Virus record (IMG/VR): IMGVR_UViG_3300045526_000194
Span: 1-25,115 of that record
Strand: one strand, 5' to 3'
Length of the DNA: 25,115 nt
From: a virus
Lineage: Duplodnaviria > Caudoviricetes
The notes beneath the pieces were generated by a model. It made no database searches and was not told the origin of the DNA. It saw only the letters and a program-made list of their open reading frames with translations. Made by a program: the position numbers and the translations under genes. This document shows, piece after piece, positions 23,974 to 25,115 of this stretch (positions are counted from its first letter, which is position 1; each line of letters starts with the position of its first letter).

Positions 23974-25023
23974 TTAGGAAGCAACTTTAACGTCTTTAAC
24001 GACTACCCATGCATCTGCCTGCTCAATTTGGGTTCCGACACGAGTATACATTGTATATTCAATCGAATCCTTCTTTGGCCAGAAGAAGCGATAAACAGTA
24101 ACATCACGCTTGATACCAATAACAACGTTATTTGGGAATGTCAAGTGGACGTCTCCGTGATCGCCAGATGGTGAGGCATAAGAACCAGTTTGTGTTTCCT
24201 TCAATAGCGGAACTTCGACAATCGGAATACCGAATGCGAATGGAGCTACGAAGCCTGCTGGACCACCGAGGCCGCCTTGATCTCCACGGATAATGCTTGA
24301 AGCAATATCTTGTGGGTTGACGTTCTGAATATTCTGTGATGTCGAATATAAATAGTCTTGGATCAAGTTGGAGCCAGAAAGGAAGCGGAGGTCTGGACGA
24401 CGCTGCTTGTACTTACGTGGCATAGCCTTAAGTGCCTTGTTGAAGATATCACGGGATACTGCTGCACCCGCACCTGCTACAACATGGCCGTTTGCCTTAG
24501 CAAGCTTAACAACACCGTCAAATGCCTTATAAAGGTTATCTGACGATAGTGAGATATCACCGTTAAGGACTACGTCCTCAAGGTCGTTACCTGCCTGTGT
24601 TGCCATAAGTCTTGCAATGTGGTCTTCGAGATCGGCACCTTCAATATTATCTTCTAGAGACTCTGTTGAAAGCTCCCAATCTAAACGAAGCTTCTTTGTT
24701 GTGAGAGAGATCTTTGAGAATTGTACGGCTGCGTTTGAGCCAGTATTCTCTGCTTCAGCAGCAAGCTTCATAAGCTTGGTGCCAACGCCAATACGATCAA
24801 TCTCAGTAGTGTCAGCTCGCATGCGAACTGTACGTGCTACTTTACCGATTACTGTTGCATCGAACATGTAATCAAGGAATCTTGCGGACTGCTCAGGATT
24901 GAGCAAGCCACCCTTACCCTCGGAACCGACGTGGATTCCAGTGGTGGGGTCTGCTGCACCAGTCATACTACCTGTTAGGGTTGTATCTGCTGCTGCCGCT
25001 TTAGCTAATAGTTCATTACTCAT
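23974..25023 (-). CDS. Major capsid protein (HK97 fold)
   Basis: 349 aa with AGGTGA SD. GGLLNPEQS..FLDY, KLRLDWELSTESLEDNIEG, GNDLEDVVLNGD and FGIPIVEVP motifs. Visibly GC-richer codons and a downstream terminator, as expected for a very abundant protein. Confidence 0.95.
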   Translation of the reverse strand: MSNELLAKAAAADTTLTGSMTGAADPTTGIHVGSEGKGGLLNPEQSARFLDYMFDATVIGKVARTVRMRADTTEIDRIGVGTKLMKLAAEAENTGSNAAVQFSKISLTTKKLRLDWELSTESLEDNIEGADLEDHIARLMATQAGNDLEDVVLNGDISLSSDNLYKAFDGVVKLAKANGHVVAGAGAAVSRDIFNKALKAMPRKYKQRRPDLRFLSGSNLIQDYLYSTSQNIQNVNPQDIASSIIRGDQGGLGGPAGFVAPFAFGIPIVEVPLLKETQTGSYASPSGDHGDVHLTFPNNVVIGIKRDVTVYRFFWPKKDSIEYTMYTRVGTQIEQADAWVVVKDVKVAS

Positions 25024-25042
25024 TAGTTATTTTCACCTACCC

Positions 25043-25115
25043 TTATTTAATCAATTCACTAACGGAACCGAGGAAAGTGCCGTTCCATTTTGATTTCTTT
25101 ATTGTTACTTCCTGA
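25043..25115 (-). CDS. C-terminal end of the upstream gene, probably prohead protease/scaffold (partial)
   Basis: Frame open from the window edge: QEVTIKKSKWNGTFLGSVSELIK*, stop at 25045-25043. Function inferred only from its position before the capsid gene. Confidence 0.55.
   Translation of the reverse strand, partial: QEVTIKKSKWNGTFLGSVSELIK

Larger units (their letters stand above)
1..25115 (-). mobile_element. Tailed phage (siphovirus-type) head-neck-tail structural gene module
   Basis: Uninterrupted minus-strand run of tightly coupled genes in canonical order: capsid, adaptor, stopper, neck, terminator, major tail, frameshifted chaperone, tape measure, Dit, Tal, fibres. No sheath gene and no host genes. 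Lytic versus prophage status cannot be determined from this window. Confidence 0.97.

Noticed and set aside
25070-25081. RNase P RNA-like GAGGAAAGT motif
   Set aside because: Only a 9-nt match, antisense to coding sequence, with no supporting structure visible in the window.
3353-25093. All plus-strand ORFs in the track (63-156 aa)
   Set aside because: Each lies antisense to a long, coherent minus-strand structural gene, lacks a recognisable motif, and reads like an antisense shadow.

Overview
The whole window is the virion morphogenesis module of a large, AT-rich, long-tailed (siphovirus-type) dsDNA phage, encoded entirely on the minus strand. In transcription order: 3' end of a probable prohead protease/scaffold gene, major capsid protein, small Rho-N/HeH-like protein, head-tail adaptor, stopper, neck protein, tail terminator, major tail protein, tail assembly chaperones G/GT (canonical C CCA AAC -1 frameshift), a 2805-aa tape measure protein (TMP), Dit-like and Tal/hub-like proteins, a small polyproline protein, a collar-like protein, a 1046-aa fibre, and a >826-aa Ig/FN3/InlB B-repeat adhesin that the ORF track missed because it runs off the left edge. 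Capsid sequence and gene order recall Streptomyces BE/BK-cluster-like phages and their low-GC freshwater relatives (from memory, not a search), so an actinobacterial host is inferred. The most notable observation is inside the TMP: its middle is divided by a repeated N-x-G-G...R...YG linker into cassettes. One cassette (aa 1368-1645) carries the ordered motifs of a HipA/PI3-4-kinase-like atypical kinase, and another has a weak His-Me nuclease-like signature. This suggests a TMP used as an injected, possibly processed, carrier of effector domains. All family assignments are by eye; no RNA genes, CRISPR arrays or IS elements were seen.
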